DNA of 64,000 bases, taken from contig CAXXWQ010000004.1 in the NCBI GenBank assembly GCA_963674945.2, positions 2,944,001 through 3,008,000 on the forward strand, read 5' to 3'. This stretch comes from an uncultured Desulfosarcina sp. Its GTDB lineage: Bacteria > Desulfobacterota > Desulfobacteria > Desulfobacterales > Desulfosarcinaceae. Below the pieces are notes generated by a model. It made no database searches. It was not told where the DNA came from and saw nothing but the letters and a program-made list of their open reading frames with translations. Each line of letters starts with the position of its first letter. The stretch's first letter is position 1. Shown piece after piece: positions 1 to 13,063 of the stretch. A program made the position numbers and the translations under genes.

Positions 1-1890
1 TCCCAAGAATCCGACAAGCAAAACGAACCACCGGTCATTGCCCCTCATGATGTCCATCGGCTATCGACACGGATCGATCATAGCCTGACGGCTCTGCCGC
101 AGGCCTGCAACCGGACAGAAACCGACTTTCTGAACATCGGCAAACAGTTGCAGGATATCTACGCCGAAGCCGAACGATTGACCCAAATGGCCCAGGAGGC
201 CGTCGGGTGCGTCGCAACGGATACGGATGAATCCGCCTCTGCCGGCATCATCGACAAAGCCCACGAGACCCTGGGTGACCTGAAAAAAGAACAATCGGTT
301 ATGGCCGGCCACGCGGAGACCATTGCTTCTTTATGTGCAAATGTCGGCAAGTTAAATGGCCTTACCGTGGGTTTTGGTCGCATCGCCAAGGATCTTAAGA
401 TGGTTGCGATCAATATTAACATCGAAAGCACGCGAAACGAAGCCTCCCGGGAGAGTTTTTCGATCCTGTCACAGGAAATTCGCGAGTTGTCCAATACGGT
501 GGCCGACTTGGGACAAACGTTGCGTGACGAGATCCAGGCAATAACGACAAAACTGGAAACCATGGGGCAGAAGGTGGATGCCGACATGCGTCGACTCAAC
601 CAGCTGCTTGACGATGCAAAGCGTGTCATTGATCGTGCAATCCCCGAATACCGGACGCTAATGACCAGTTCTGTGCAGACCCTGGATTTTGTAAGTACAA
701 ATAGCGCTAACATTTCCCGAAGCACCAGCCAGATCGTCGTGAATTTACAAATTCATGACAATGTCAGCCAGCGTGTCGAACACGTCGCCGAGGCATTGGC
801 CGATGCCAAGAACCTGCTTTCCGACGTGATTCCCACGAAACAAATGTCGGACGGTGATGGTGACTGGATTTCCGCCGTGTTTGCCAACCTTACCATTCAA
901 GGATCTCAATTGGCAACAATTGTGAGAGACATCGACGCCGTCTATCAGGAGAGTGCGCGGTCGTTTGGCGTCCTGGACGATACGGTCCGCGACATCACCT
1001 CAACTATCGTGAAAATTGCCCGGGGGAATGACACGGGTGCATTGGATGGAGAGGAGACATTCGGATCTCTCGACTCTTTTCAAGCCGCTCTCAAAAAAAT
1101 ACAGGACCTCATCGGTGAAAGTGATGAAGCGGTCGACGGCATCAGCGGCATCGAACAGGATGCGACCGCGGCAGCCGCATCCATCGACGACCATATAAAA
1201 TCGGTGAAAAGGGTAAATTTCGACATTCATCTCAAATCCCTCAATGCGATCTTCAAGTCCGTACAGTTGGGAGATCAGGGTCGATCCATCGGCATCCTGG
1301 TGAAAGAGATGAAAACATTGGCAACGCAGTCCAATGAATTGGTGGAAAAAATTGAATCGATCAACAAATCCATTGTCGATCATGTCCATCAGCTGAAATC
1401 AGATGGGGGTACCACGAGATCCCGGGTCCGGCAGGAAACTGCGACGGGTGAAAAACGATTCGACGATCTCGTAACTGATTTTTTCCATCGTCGTGATTCA
1501 TTCAACCGTCTATCCGAAGAGATGGCAACGCTTGGAAAGAGACTCGCCGCATTGATTGGCGCCGCTGGCGACCAGTTGTCGTTCATCGTTCCGTTCACCC
1601 GAGAACTTACATCGCATCAGAAACAATTGGATGAGAGTCGCGAAGCCCTGGCGCAATGGTGCAACCTCGATGAAGCATCGGTCTTGGACGAGGCGCGCCT
1701 TTCCGAACGCTATACAATGGAGCAAGAACGGCTCGTTCACGAATCCGCCCTGGATGGCACCTCCGATGCCGACCGGCAATCCGAGGCGCCGGAGGATGTA
1801 ATCCTTTTTACCGGCGATACGGGCACAGAACAAAAACGAGACGATTCACAACAAGAAGACGACTTCGGTGACAATGTGGAGCTGTTTTGA
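1..1890 (+). CDS. Atypical cytoplasmic MCP-like chemotaxis protein (5' end lies outside the window)
   Basis: Frame is open from base 1 to TGA at 1890. Coiled-coil; two degenerate MCP hairpin-tip segments (AININIESTR..SFSILSQEIRELS and SLNAIFKSVQLGDQGRSIGILVKEMKTLA); LQIHDNVSQRVEHV motif; C-terminal DFGDNVELF; first gene of the che cluster. Confidence 0.75.
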   Translation, partial: SQESDKQNEPPVIAPHDVHRLSTRIDHSLTALPQACNRTETDFLNIGKQLQDIYAEAERLTQMAQEAVGCVATDTDESASAGIIDKAHETLGDLKKEQSVMAGHAETIASLCANVGKLNGLTVGFGRIAKDLKMVAININIESTRNEASRESFSILSQEIRELSNTVADLGQTLRDEIQAITTKLETMGQKVDADMRRLNQLLDDAKRVIDRAIPEYRTLMTSSVQTLDFVSTNSANISRSTSQIVVNLQIHDNVSQRVEHVAEALADAKNLLSDVIPTKQMSDGDGDWISAVFANLTIQGSQLATIVRDIDAVYQESARSFGVLDDTVRDITSTIVKIARGNDTGALDGEETFGSLDSFQAALKKIQDLIGESDEAVDGISGIEQDATAAAASIDDHIKSVKRVNFDIHLKSLNAIFKSVQLGDQGRSIGILVKEMKTLATQSNELVEKIESINKSIVDHVHQLKSDGGTTRSRVRQETATGEKRFDDLVTDFFHRRDSFNRLSEEMATLGKRLAALIGAAGDQLSFIVPFTRELTSHQKQLDESREALAQWCNLDEASVLDEARLSERYTMEQERLVHESALDGTSDADRQSEAPEDVILFTGDTGTEQKRDDSQQEDDFGDNVELF

Positions 1891-1921
1891 TCCGAACGTC
1901 AAATCCGATAGGAATCGAACC

Positions 1922-2266
1922 ATGAAACGTGCGCAGACCTCCGACAATGAAGAGAAGGTTTTGACGCTGAAAGGCGAACTCAGCATTTCCCATGCCGCTC
2001 AGTTGAAGTCCGAACTGATCCAGGCGTTGGACGCCGCACCGCGCATCGTCATCGATGTGAACGCGGTAACCGATGTGGACCTGTCCGCCCTGCAGCTTAT
2101 CTGTGCGGCGCACAAAAGCGCCGTCGCCAAGGGAAAACAGTTGATACTGGCACCGGATCTGCCGGAAACGCTCACCCGACAGATCCAACGGGCCGGATTG
2201 ATGGACGGCCATCATTGCGGCCGTGACAGCAGCGCAGATTGCCTGTGGAAAGGAGTTGATCGATAA
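1922..2266 (+). CDS. STAS-domain protein (anti-sigma-antagonist-like)
   Basis: LTLKGELSI...IVIDVNAVTDVDLSALQL STAS signature; directly upstream of cheY. Confidence 0.85.
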   Translation: MKRAQTSDNEEKVLTLKGELSISHAAQLKSELIQALDAAPRIVIDVNAVTDVDLSALQLICAAHKSAVAKGKQLILAPDLPETLTRQIQRAGLMDGHHCGRDSSADCLWKGVDR

Positions 2267-2632
2267 ATGTCAAAAGTCATCCTCACCGCCGACGATTCCT
2301 CCAGTGTGCGTCAGATGGTCGCCTTTACCCTGAAAGGGGCGGGCTACGACGTGGTCGAGGCCGAGGACGGAAAAGATGCCCTGTCCAAGGCAAAAAGCAG
2401 TGCCGTCAACATGGTGGTCACCGACCTGAACATGCCCAACATGAACGGAATCGACCTGATCAAAGCGCTTCGGGCCGAACCCAAATATAAATTCATCCCC
2501 ATCGTCATGCTGACCACCGAATCACAGGCGACCCGGAAACAGGAAGGGAAGGCCGCCGGTGCCACGGGTTGGATCGTCAAACCGTTTAAACCGGAACAAT
2601 TATTGGCAGTTGTCAAAAAAGTATTGGGGTAG
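2267..2632 (+). CDS. cheY: Chemotaxis response regulator CheY
   Basis: 121-aa single receiver domain (ADD, TDLNMP, MLTTES, KPF) in che cluster. Confidence 0.93.
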   Translation: MSKVILTADDSSSVRQMVAFTLKGAGYDVVEAEDGKDALSKAKSSAVNMVVTDLNMPNMNGIDLIKALRAEPKYKFIPIVMLTTESQATRKQEGKAAGATGWIVKPFKPEQLLAVVKKVLG

Positions 2633-2639
2633 CCTGAAC

Positions 2640-4784
2640 ATGAATGATCCAAGAGATGCTTTTCGGGAAGAGGCCTTCGATCTGTTGGCCGAATTGGAAA
2701 CCGCATTGATGGAGTTGGAAGAAAACCCGACCGATACGGAGCTGATCGATCGTGTCTTTCGGGCCATGCACACCATCAAAGGATCGGGAGCCATGTTCGG
2801 GTTCAACGAAATCGCCGATTTCACCCACAATCTGGAAACCGCATTCGACCTGGTGCGCGAAAACAAGATGCCGGTTACCGAAAAACTGGTCTCCCTCTCT
2901 CTCATGGCGCGGGATAAAATCAATGCCATGCTGCATGCGCCCGATGATGCGGCGCCGGCCGATGATGAAGCGTGTCGCACGATCATCCGGGAACTCGATG
3001 CCATGATTGCGCAAAGCGTTCCGGCAGGGGACGGTTCATCGCCTTTTGATGACGGGCAGGACCCAACCGCCTCCATTACACCCGAGCCGCCGGCCCGGTG
3101 CGATCTGGAGGACGACGCCGAAGAAGCAGCTATCTTCCGCATACGATTTCAACCGGGTGCCGATCTGTTCAAAACGGGCACCAATCCGCTGTTGCTGCTC
3201 GATGAGCTGCGCGAATTGGGAACCTGCACGGTCATCGCCGATACCGGTGCGATCCCTTCCTTGGAAGAGGTCGACCCGGAATCCTGTTACACCGGTTGGG
3301 ATATCGTGCTGACCACCGACAGGGGCGAAAATGCCATTCAGGACGTCTTTATCTTCGTGGAAGACGACTGCCGTATCGACATTCAGCCCATCGAATCGGC
3401 CATCGGCAGTGATCTCGATGCCGAGGCCAAGAAGATCGGCCAGATTCTGGTGGAACGGGGCGACGTGCAAACAGATGATCTCGAAACGGTTCTGAAAGAA
3501 CAGCCCCGAATCGGCGAACTGCTTGTCGATCGAAAGGTCGTCAACGGAAGTGCCGTTAAATCGGCCCTTGCCGAACAGGCCCACGTCAGGCAGGTCCACA
3601 AGCAAATCAAGGAGAGCGCCGCCGCATCCACCGTGCGGGTGGCCTCGGACAAGCTGGATATGCTGGTCGACCTGGTGGGAGAACTGGTTACCGTTCAGGC
3701 ACGCCTGAGTCAGAAAGCGGATGCGGGAGAAGATGCGGATCTGTCCAATATCGCAGAAGTGGTGGAGCGGCTGACCACCGAGTTGCGGGATAACACCATG
3801 AGCATTCGGATGATGCCCTTTGGCACCACCTTCTCCCGATTCAAGCGGCTGGTCCGGGATCTGTCCAACGAGTTGGGCAAACAGGTGGTCTTGAACACCG
3901 TCGGCGGAGAGACCGAACTGGACAAGACCGTTATCGAGCAGCTCAACGATCCATTGGTGCACATCCTGCGCAACAGCATCGACCATGGGATCGAACCTCC
4001 CGATGTGCGGGAAGCCAAGGGAAAACCCGTCCATGGTACCATCCATCTGAGTGCGGAACATTCCGGCGGCCACGTGTTGATTCGCATCGCAGACGACGGC
4101 GCCGGCCTCGATGTGGATGCCATTTGGACAAAGGCCATTGAAAAAGGGTTGATGGACAAGACCACGGTGGCGAGCAACCGTGAGATCTTCAATCTCATCT
4201 TTGCGCCGGGATTCTCGACGACCGCCAAGGTAACCAGCGTCTCCGGTCGGGGCGTGGGAATGGACGTGGTCAAACGGGGAATCGACATGCTGCGCGGCAG
4301 TATCGACGTCGACAGCACTCCGGGCAAGGGCACGGTCATCACCCTGAAATTGCCTCTGACGCTGGCCATCATCGACGGATTGCTGGTGGAGACCGATGGT
4401 GACAAGTATGTCCTGCCCCTGGCCGTTGTCGAGGAGTGTGTGGAATTGACCGGTGAAGACCTGCGGCGTACCAATGGCCGGAACATCTTGAATATTCGTG
4501 GTGAAATGGTCCCCTATGTGAGCCTTCGCGAACGATTCAGAATCACAGGAAACCGCCCCCCCCTGGAGCAGATCGTCGTCAATGACGCCAATGGACAACG
4601 TCTCGGTATCGTGGTGGACCGGGTCATCGGCCAGCACCAGATCGTGATCAAAACCATGAGCAAACTATACGGCGATGTGAACGAGGTGTCCGGCGCCACC
4701 ATTTTAGGGGACGGCACCATCGCCCTGATACTGGATATCCCCGGGCTCATCGGCACAGATGCCGAAACCAGGCAGGTCGCGTAA
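2640..4784 (+). CDS. cheA: Chemotaxis histidine kinase CheA
   Basis: Hpt FRAMHTIKG; dimerisation KLDMLVDLVGELV; HATPase HILRNSIDHG, DDGAG, SGRGVGMDVV; C-terminal CheW domain. ATG 2640 chosen because upstream starts overlap cheY. Confidence 0.96.
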   Translation: MNDPRDAFREEAFDLLAELETALMELEENPTDTELIDRVFRAMHTIKGSGAMFGFNEIADFTHNLETAFDLVRENKMPVTEKLVSLSLMARDKINAMLHAPDDAAPADDEACRTIIRELDAMIAQSVPAGDGSSPFDDGQDPTASITPEPPARCDLEDDAEEAAIFRIRFQPGADLFKTGTNPLLLLDELRELGTCTVIADTGAIPSLEEVDPESCYTGWDIVLTTDRGENAIQDVFIFVEDDCRIDIQPIESAIGSDLDAEAKKIGQILVERGDVQTDDLETVLKEQPRIGELLVDRKVVNGSAVKSALAEQAHVRQVHKQIKESAAASTVRVASDKLDMLVDLVGELVTVQARLSQKADAGEDADLSNIAEVVERLTTELRDNTMSIRMMPFGTTFSRFKRLVRDLSNELGKQVVLNTVGGETELDKTVIEQLNDPLVHILRNSIDHGIEPPDVREAKGKPVHGTIHLSAEHSGGHVLIRIADDGAGLDVDAIWTKAIEKGLMDKTTVASNREIFNLIFAPGFSTTAKVTSVSGRGVGMDVVKRGIDMLRGSIDVDSTPGKGTVITLKLPLTLAIIDGLLVETDGDKYVLPLAVVEECVELTGEDLRRTNGRNILNIRGEMVPYVSLRERFRITGNRPPLEQIVVNDANGQRLGIVVDRVIGQHQIVIKTMSKLYGDVNEVSGATILGDGTIALILDIPGLIGTDAETRQVA

Positions 4785-4837
4785 GACAACATTCAAACGG
4801 GTTGAAAGTACAGCAAACCGTTTTACGGTACCTTGAA

Positions 4838-5692
4838 ATGGATATTACGACACAGCAAACACTTTCGGAAACCACCTTTGCCACCATCAGCCGGTTTATT
4901 TACGATAAACTGGGCATCAAGATGCCGAAGCAGAAACGAACCATGCTTCAGGGTCGCTTGATGAAGCGGCTTCGCACCCTGAAACTGGATTCTTATGAAA
5001 CATACTGTGACTACCTCTTCAGCGACGAAGGCCGCCGTGAGGAGATGGTTCACATGATGGATGTGGTAACCACCAACAAGACCGATTTTTTCCGTGAGTC
5101 GAGACACTTCGATGTGATGACCGAGCACGTTTTGCCCGAACTGATGCGGCTTCACAATACCGGTGAACGAAGGCCCCTGACCGTCTGGAGCGCCGGCTGT
5201 TCAACGGGTGCCGAACCCTACACCCTGGCGATGGTGTTGAGAGAATTTGCCGCGAAACATCAGGGTTTCGATTTCGCCGTTCTCGGAACCGATATCTCTA
5301 CCCGGGTACTACAAAAGGCGCGTGAGGCCGTCTATACCGAAACCGAGGCCAATCCGATCCCGGCTTCGCTCAAGAAGAAATATCTGCTACGCAGCAAGAA
5401 TCGGGAAAAACAGCTGGTCCGCATCGTCCCGGAACTGAGAAAGAAGGTCGCCTTTCGCAGGCTCAATTTCATGGATGCGGAGTATGGCGTCAAAACACCC
5501 ATGGACATCATTTTTTGCCGAAATGTTCTGATCTATTTCGACATGTCGACCCAGCAGCAGGTACTTGGCCGATTGTGCCGCCATCTTCGCGTCGGCGGCT
5601 ACCTGTTCTGCGGACACTCGGAAACGTTGAACGAGTTTGACCTGCCTCTGGCCCAGATGGCCACAACGGTGCATCGAAGAATCGAATCGTAA
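4838..5692 (+). CDS. cheR: Chemotaxis methyltransferase CheR
   Basis: TTNKTDFFRE, WSAGCSTGAEPY, GTDIS, IFCRNVLIYF, GHSE motifs. Confidence 0.95.
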   Translation: MDITTQQTLSETTFATISRFIYDKLGIKMPKQKRTMLQGRLMKRLRTLKLDSYETYCDYLFSDEGRREEMVHMMDVVTTNKTDFFRESRHFDVMTEHVLPELMRLHNTGERRPLTVWSAGCSTGAEPYTLAMVLREFAAKHQGFDFAVLGTDISTRVLQKAREAVYTETEANPIPASLKKKYLLRSKNREKQLVRIVPELRKKVAFRRLNFMDAEYGVKTPMDIIFCRNVLIYFDMSTQQQVLGRLCRHLRVGGYLFCGHSETLNEFDLPLAQMATTVHRRIES

Positions 5693-5773
5693 CGATTTTT
5701 GTTTGAAAATACAAAATGGACGCTTGACGAGGCGAAAAGCGCCGGCAGTCCAAAAAAGAAAGAGAGAACCACA

Positions 5774-8059
5774 ATGAAATGGCAAATGAAAGACATCAGC
5801 ATTACATGGCAATTGATGACCATCTGTACGCTTCTGGTCGCCATACCGGTATCGTTTTTCGGCTTTCTCAGCTACAGGACGATTCGAACGGAAACCTTCG
5901 GCCAGATCGAGCAGAGACTCCAACAGCAGGCGCTCCAGGTGAATCTGCTGGTCGAGAGCGCATACGAGGAGATCGAGACCAATCGAAAAGACTCGGATAT
6001 CCTGGCGCGTAAAATCGTAGGTTCCCAGGCCGATGCCGTAAAACGACTGATGACCGACTGGCGTGGGTCGGAAGAACAGTTAAAAAATCTCATCGCTTCC
6101 ATCAATGTCGGCAAGACAGGCTATATCTGGGTGTTGGACTACGACGGCAACTACATCGTCAGCCAGGGACGACAATCCGATGGAAAAAACGTCTGGGATG
6201 TCCGGGATGCCAACGGCAATCTGTTTATTCGGGAAGCCGTCGCAAAGGCCCGTCAATTGTCCGGGGACCAGGTGGCCTATTATCAGTATCCCTGGAAAAA
6301 CCAGGGTGAGGATCGCTCGCGAGACAAGATCGCCGCCCTGCTGCATGACGTGGATCGACAATGGGTCGTCGGTATCGGTGTCTATTATGACGAGTTGATC
6401 GACATGACCTTTGCAGCCAACAAAATCAACGCCCTTAAAGATCAATTGGCCAGTGTCGTCGTCGGCAAGACAGGCTATCTCTTTATCCTCGATGAAAAGG
6501 GCAACTATATCCTGTCCTACAAACGCGGTCGAGACGGCGAGAACATCTGGAACGCAAAGGATGCCGATGGAAAACTGTTTATTCAGGAAATCGTCAAAAA
6601 GGGATCGGCGTTGGGCAGTCATGAAACATCGACCACCTACTATCCGTGGAAAAACGAGGGGGATGACGAAGCCCGTCTGAAATTGGCCAGCTACACCTTT
6701 ATGCCGCAGTGGAAATGGGTGGTGGCGGCCTCTGCCTATCAGGACGACTTCCTGGATGGCCTCAAGGAGATTTTTTCACTGACCATCATCATCTGTGTCG
6801 TCTCCATCCTGGTGGGGTCCACGGTGGCCTACCTGTTTACCCGGTTCATGACCCAGAAATTCAAGATCCTCGTGGACGGGATGAATCGAATCGCTTTGGG
6901 CGATTTGTCCATCCAGACCGAAGAAAGTCCCGGGAAAAATGAAATCGGCCAAATGGTCGGCTCCATGGGAAAAATGGTCGCCAATCTAAACGATACCGTG
7001 GAAATGGCCAAGCGACTGGCCGAGGGGGATCTGCGGGTAAGGGTAAATATTCTCTCGGACAAGGATTCACTGGGGCAGTCGTTGGCGGCGATGGTCGAAA
7101 AGCTGCAGGCCGTCGTTTCGGATGTACGGACCGCCGCCGACCAGGTAGCGGCGGGAAGCCAGCAGCTCAGCTCCAGCAGCGAGCAGATGTCTCAAGGTGC
7201 GACCGAGCAGGCGAGTTCGGCCGAAGAGGCTTCGTCCTCCATGGAGCAAATGGCTGCCAACATCAAGCAGAATGCGGACAATTCCCTCCAGACCAAGAAT
7301 ATTGCGCTCAAATCGGCGGAAGACGCCAGTCAGGGTGGCCAGGCGGTGGTACAGACGGTACAGGCGATGAAGGAGATCGCCGGCAAAATCAACATCATCG
7401 AAGAGATTGCCCGCCAGACCGACCTCTTGGCACTGAACGCGGCCATCGAGGCGGCCCGGGCCGGAGAGCATGGAAAGGGGTTTGCCGTGGTGGCCTCCGA
7501 GGTTCGCAAACTGGCCGAACGCAGTCAGGAAGCGGCCGGTGAAATCAGCCGTCTGTCCAGCAGCAGTGTCGATGTTGCCGAAAAGGCCGGCGACATGCTG
7601 AACCGCATCGTTCCCGACATTCAAAAGACGGCCGAATTGGTTCAGGAGATCAGTGCCGCCTCCAACGAGCAGAACACCGGGGCCGAGCAGGTAAACACGG
7701 CAATCCAGCAGCTGGATCAGGTGATTCAACAAAACGCATCGGTTTCGGAGGAGATGGCGGCCAGCGCCGAAGAGCTTGCCGGGCAGGCCGATTATCTTCA
7801 GAATATCGTTGCCTTCTTTAAATTGGAACGCAATCGCTTCCAATCCAATTCGGCGCCGGCCGCAGAGACCAACAGAAAGAAACCGGCCAAGGCCACGACC
7901 GAAAAGAGTCGTACCTCATTCAAGAAAGCCACGATTCCTATAAAGAAAGCCAAAACCGGCTTTGACGAGGGGCACAAAGGGTCTGACGGCTTTGAGCTGG
8001 ACATGTCCGACATGGGGTCTGTAGACGATCATCTGGATACCGAATTCGAACGGTATTAA
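5774..8059 (+). CDS. Methyl-accepting chemotaxis protein with two Cache-type sensor repeats and HAMP
   Basis: Two TM segments; repeated GKTGY(I/L)..LD..GNY and D.DG.LFI.E Cache motifs; signalling domain [41 protein letters not shown]-terminal pentapeptide EFERY. Confidence 0.95.
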   Translation: MKWQMKDISITWQLMTICTLLVAIPVSFFGFLSYRTIRTETFGQIEQRLQQQALQVNLLVESAYEEIETNRKDSDILARKIVGSQADAVKRLMTDWRGSEEQLKNLIASINVGKTGYIWVLDYDGNYIVSQGRQSDGKNVWDVRDANGNLFIREAVAKARQLSGDQVAYYQYPWKNQGEDRSRDKIAALLHDVDRQWVVGIGVYYDELIDMTFAANKINALKDQLASVVVGKTGYLFILDEKGNYILSYKRGRDGENIWNAKDADGKLFIQEIVKKGSALGSHETSTTYYPWKNEGDDEARLKLASYTFMPQWKWVVAASAYQDDFLDGLKEIFSLTIIICVVSILVGSTVAYLFTRFMTQKFKILVDGMNRIALGDLSIQTEESPGKNEIGQMVGSMGKMVANLNDTVEMAKRLAEGDLRVRVNILSDKDSLGQSLAAMVEKLQAVVSDVRTAADQVAAGSQQLSSSSEQMSQGATEQASSAEEASSSMEQMAANIKQNADNSLQTKNIALKSAEDASQGGQAVVQTVQAMKEIAGKINIIEEIARQTDLLALNAAIEAARAGEHGKGFAVVASEVRKLAERSQEAAGEISRLSSSSVDVAEKAGDMLNRIVPDIQKTAELVQEISAASNEQNTGAEQVNTAIQQLDQVIQQNASVSEEMAASAEELAGQADYLQNIVAFFKLERNRFQSNSAPAAETNRKKPAKATTEKSRTSFKKATIPIKKAKTGFDEGHKGSDGFELDMSDMGSVDDHLDTEFERY

Positions 8060-8067
8060 TCAATGAT

Positions 8068-8113
8068 GCCGGTCGACCCAAAACCCGTTGCAATGGGTTT
8101 TTGGTCGGCCGGT
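8068..8113. other. Intergenic stem-loop between the MCP gene and cheW
   Basis: gccggtcgacccaaaaccc...gggtttttggtcggccggt imperfect inverted repeat; no U-tract after it. Confidence 0.5.
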
Positions 8114-8139
8114 GAACCTCTTCGGTGTCTGTCCTAAAA

Positions 8140-8184
8140 TCGATGGTCTCGTAAAAAGTCGCTGTTCGGACGGATTCGTAAAAA
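8140..8184. repeat. Partial (left-end) copy of the intergenic palindromic repeat family
   Basis: ctcgtaaaaagtcgctgttcggacggattcgtaaaaa is near-identical to 43501-43537. Confidence 0.8.
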
Positions 8185-8217
8185 TTATGATGACACCACC
8201 AATGGGAGATGAACCAT

Positions 8218-8730
8218 ATGAGCGAACCCACAGTAAAATCAAACGCCCAGTACCTGACCTTCAAGCTGGGTGATGAACTATTTGCCATCGATGTTGTTCA
8301 AGTCCGAGAAGTGTTGGACGTGACCACCATCACCAAGGTGCCACGATCGGCCGACTTCATGCGCGGGGTGATCAACGTGCGGGGCAATGTCGTTCCCGTG
8401 GCGGATCTGCGTATGAAGTTCGGCATGGACCCGACCGAAACCACGGTCAATACGCGCATCGTGGTCATGGAGATCGTCATCGCCGGAGACACCATCGTCC
8501 TGGGCGCTCTTGCCGATTCCGTTCACGACGTCATGGACATGCTCCGGGACCAGATCGAACCGGCACCCACCATCGGGGCCAAATGGGACACCCGCTTCAT
8601 CAAGGGAATCGGCAAGCATGGCGATCAATTCATTATCATTTTGGATGTGGACAAAGTGTTTTCCACCGATGAGGCAAAATTGTTGACAGAACCCTCCGCC
8701 ATGGCAGCGGATGAGATGGTCAGCGCTTAA
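8218..8730 (+). CDS. cheW: Chemotaxis coupling protein CheW
   Basis: QYLTFKLG..FAIDV..VREV, GVINVRGNVVPV; GGGAG ribosome-binding site upstream (alternative start 8209). Confidence 0.94.
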   Translation: MSEPTVKSNAQYLTFKLGDELFAIDVVQVREVLDVTTITKVPRSADFMRGVINVRGNVVPVADLRMKFGMDPTETTVNTRIVVMEIVIAGDTIVLGALADSVHDVMDMLRDQIEPAPTIGAKWDTRFIKGIGKHGDQFIIILDVDKVFSTDEAKLLTEPSAMAADEMVSA

Positions 8731-8744
8731 ATGACACACGTTGC

Positions 8745-10332
<1,588 letters not shown>

Positions 10333-10365
10333 GCGAATGATTACCTTTTGATAATCTTCCCCGCC

Positions 10366-10394
10366 TTGACAACCCCGGGCGCCTCATTTATTTT
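10366..10394 (+). promoter_or_regulatory. Putative sigma70 promoter for the moxR-bat operon
   Basis: TTGACA-17 bp-TATTTT, about 90 bp upstream of moxR. Confidence 0.4.
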
Positions 10395-10482
10395 TCTCTG
10401 TGTCTTCATACCGACACTTCATGCCGGTCGTTTTCATTGACGATGGTATCTGTTTTCGATTCCTTAAAAAGGAGACGAACCC

Positions 10483-11463
<981 letters not shown>

Positions 11464-11528
11464 AACAGGGATTTAGGCTGGAGGCTGAAGTAACATAATG
11501 TAAAGGCAACCCTCGTTTGTTTACCAAT

Positions 11529-12419
11529 ATGCTTTCCCCCGAAATCGTAAAAAAAATCAAAAAAGTCCACATCAAGACCGGCCGCATGGTCAACACCCTC
11601 ATGGCCGGGCAATACCGCTCGGTCTTTCGCGGGGCAGGCATCGAGTTTGAAGAGGTGCGCGAATACAGTGCCGGGGACGACGTCAAGAGCATCGACTGGA
11701 AGGTTTCGGCCCGCATGGGCAAACCCTTCATCAAGCGCTACCGGGAAGAGCGGGAACAGGTCGTCATGTTACTTGTGGACATGAGCGGTTCGGGCCGCTT
11801 CGGCACCACCGGCAGCATCAAGCGGGAGACGGCCGCCGAAATCGCCGCCATCCTGGCCTTCAATGCCATTCGCAACAACGACAAGGCCGGCGCCATCCTG
11901 TTCACCAACCAGGTGGAGCGGTACATTCCCCCCAAGAAGGGATCGGCCCACGTGTGGCGGCTGATTCGTGAAATCTTCACCTTCCAGCCCACCAACCCCG
12001 GCACCGATATCGTCGAAGCCGTGGATTTTCTGGCGCGGGTGTGTCGCAAGCGAACGGTGGCCTTCCTCGTCTCCGATTTTCTCACCGAGGATTTCGGCCG
12101 AACCAGTGCCCTGAGAATGAAATCGGCCGCAAGAAGACACGAGCTCATCAGCGTTCTCATTTCCGATCCCGGGGAGTTTCGGCTGCCGGGAGCCGGCATC
12201 GTTGCCTTTCGCGACCTGGAGACCGGCGTGATGCAATATATGGACGCCTCGGACCGCGCTACGCGGACACGGTATGAGGCCAGTCGAAAAGATGTCCACC
12301 GGCAGATCCTCGAAACCCACAAGGCCATGGACATGGATTGCATCGAGATGAGCACGGACGGTGATGCGGCCGATGCCCTGATCCGATACTTTCGATACCG
12401 GGAGCGAAGGAAGCGATGA
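11529..12419 (+). CDS. DUF58 / VWA-like MoxR partner
   Basis: GIEFEEVREY..GDDVKSIDW.VSAR and LLVDMSGS motifs; follows moxR. Confidence 0.9.
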   Translation: MLSPEIVKKIKKVHIKTGRMVNTLMAGQYRSVFRGAGIEFEEVREYSAGDDVKSIDWKVSARMGKPFIKRYREEREQVVMLLVDMSGSGRFGTTGSIKRETAAEIAAILAFNAIRNNDKAGAILFTNQVERYIPPKKGSAHVWRLIREIFTFQPTNPGTDIVEAVDFLARVCRKRTVAFLVSDFLTEDFGRTSALRMKSAARRHELISVLISDPGEFRLPGAGIVAFRDLETGVMQYMDASDRATRTRYEASRKDVHRQILETHKAMDMDCIEMSTDGDAADALIRYFRYRERRKR

Positions 12420-13057
12420 AACGGTGGATCGAACTGGTTTTTGCCGTCCTCCTTCTTCTCCTCCCATGGGCAACGGCCGGGGCGGATAATGATCCCGGCG
12501 CCGTTATACAGCCAAAGGCGTCTGTCCAGCCGTCGGCACCGGATACACCGGCGCCCATGACCGACATCCATGATATCCTGCCGCCGGTCCGGGTGGGGGC
12601 GGATCTTTCATGGCTTGTGCCGGCACTTCTGGCAGTGGGGGCGATAATCATCGTCGCGGTGCTCTGGTGGTGGTGGAAAAGACGCAGAAAAGGCCAGACG
12701 CCCGAGACCATCGTTCCGGAACTTCCCCCGGAGATGCTCGCCATGCGGTCCTTGAACGAGATCAACGACGTGCGCATCATGGACGGCAAGACCTTTTACT
12801 TTCGACTTTCGGCCATCGTGCGGCAATACGTCTTCGGTCGATTCGCCATCGGCGCGCCGGAGATGACTACGGAGGAGTTTTTGCCCTGCATCGACAAGCT
12901 GCCCATCGACGGGGCTCTGGCAAGGCGCTTGAAGTGGTTGAGTCTGGCAATGGACCCGGTCAAGTTCGGCGGGCAAACCGCGGTGGAACGACAAATGGAG
13001 GCGGACCTTTCCTTTGCGCGGGATTTCGTGAGAAACACCACGCCGTCTGACGAGTGA
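12416..13057 (+). CDS. Membrane-anchored Bat-operon protein (DUF4381-like)
   Basis: Signal peptide, DIHDILPP motif, TM segment, EMTTEEF and D.VKF motifs; located between DUF58 and batA. Confidence 0.75.
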   Translation: MKRWIELVFAVLLLLLPWATAGADNDPGAVIQPKASVQPSAPDTPAPMTDIHDILPPVRVGADLSWLVPALLAVGAIIIVAVLWWWWKRRRKGQTPETIVPELPPEMLAMRSLNEINDVRIMDGKTFYFRLSAIVRQYVFGRFAIGAPEMTTEEFLPCIDKLPIDGALARRLKWLSLAMDPVKFGGQTAVERQMEADLSFARDFVRNTTPSDE

Positions 13058-13063
13058 CGCAAC

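Noticed and set aside
3036..4637. 533-aa antisense ORF (similar ones at 24433-25947, 40703-42295, 59588-61039)
   Set aside because: Antisense shadows of well-supported genes, expected from high-GC codon bias; no motifs.
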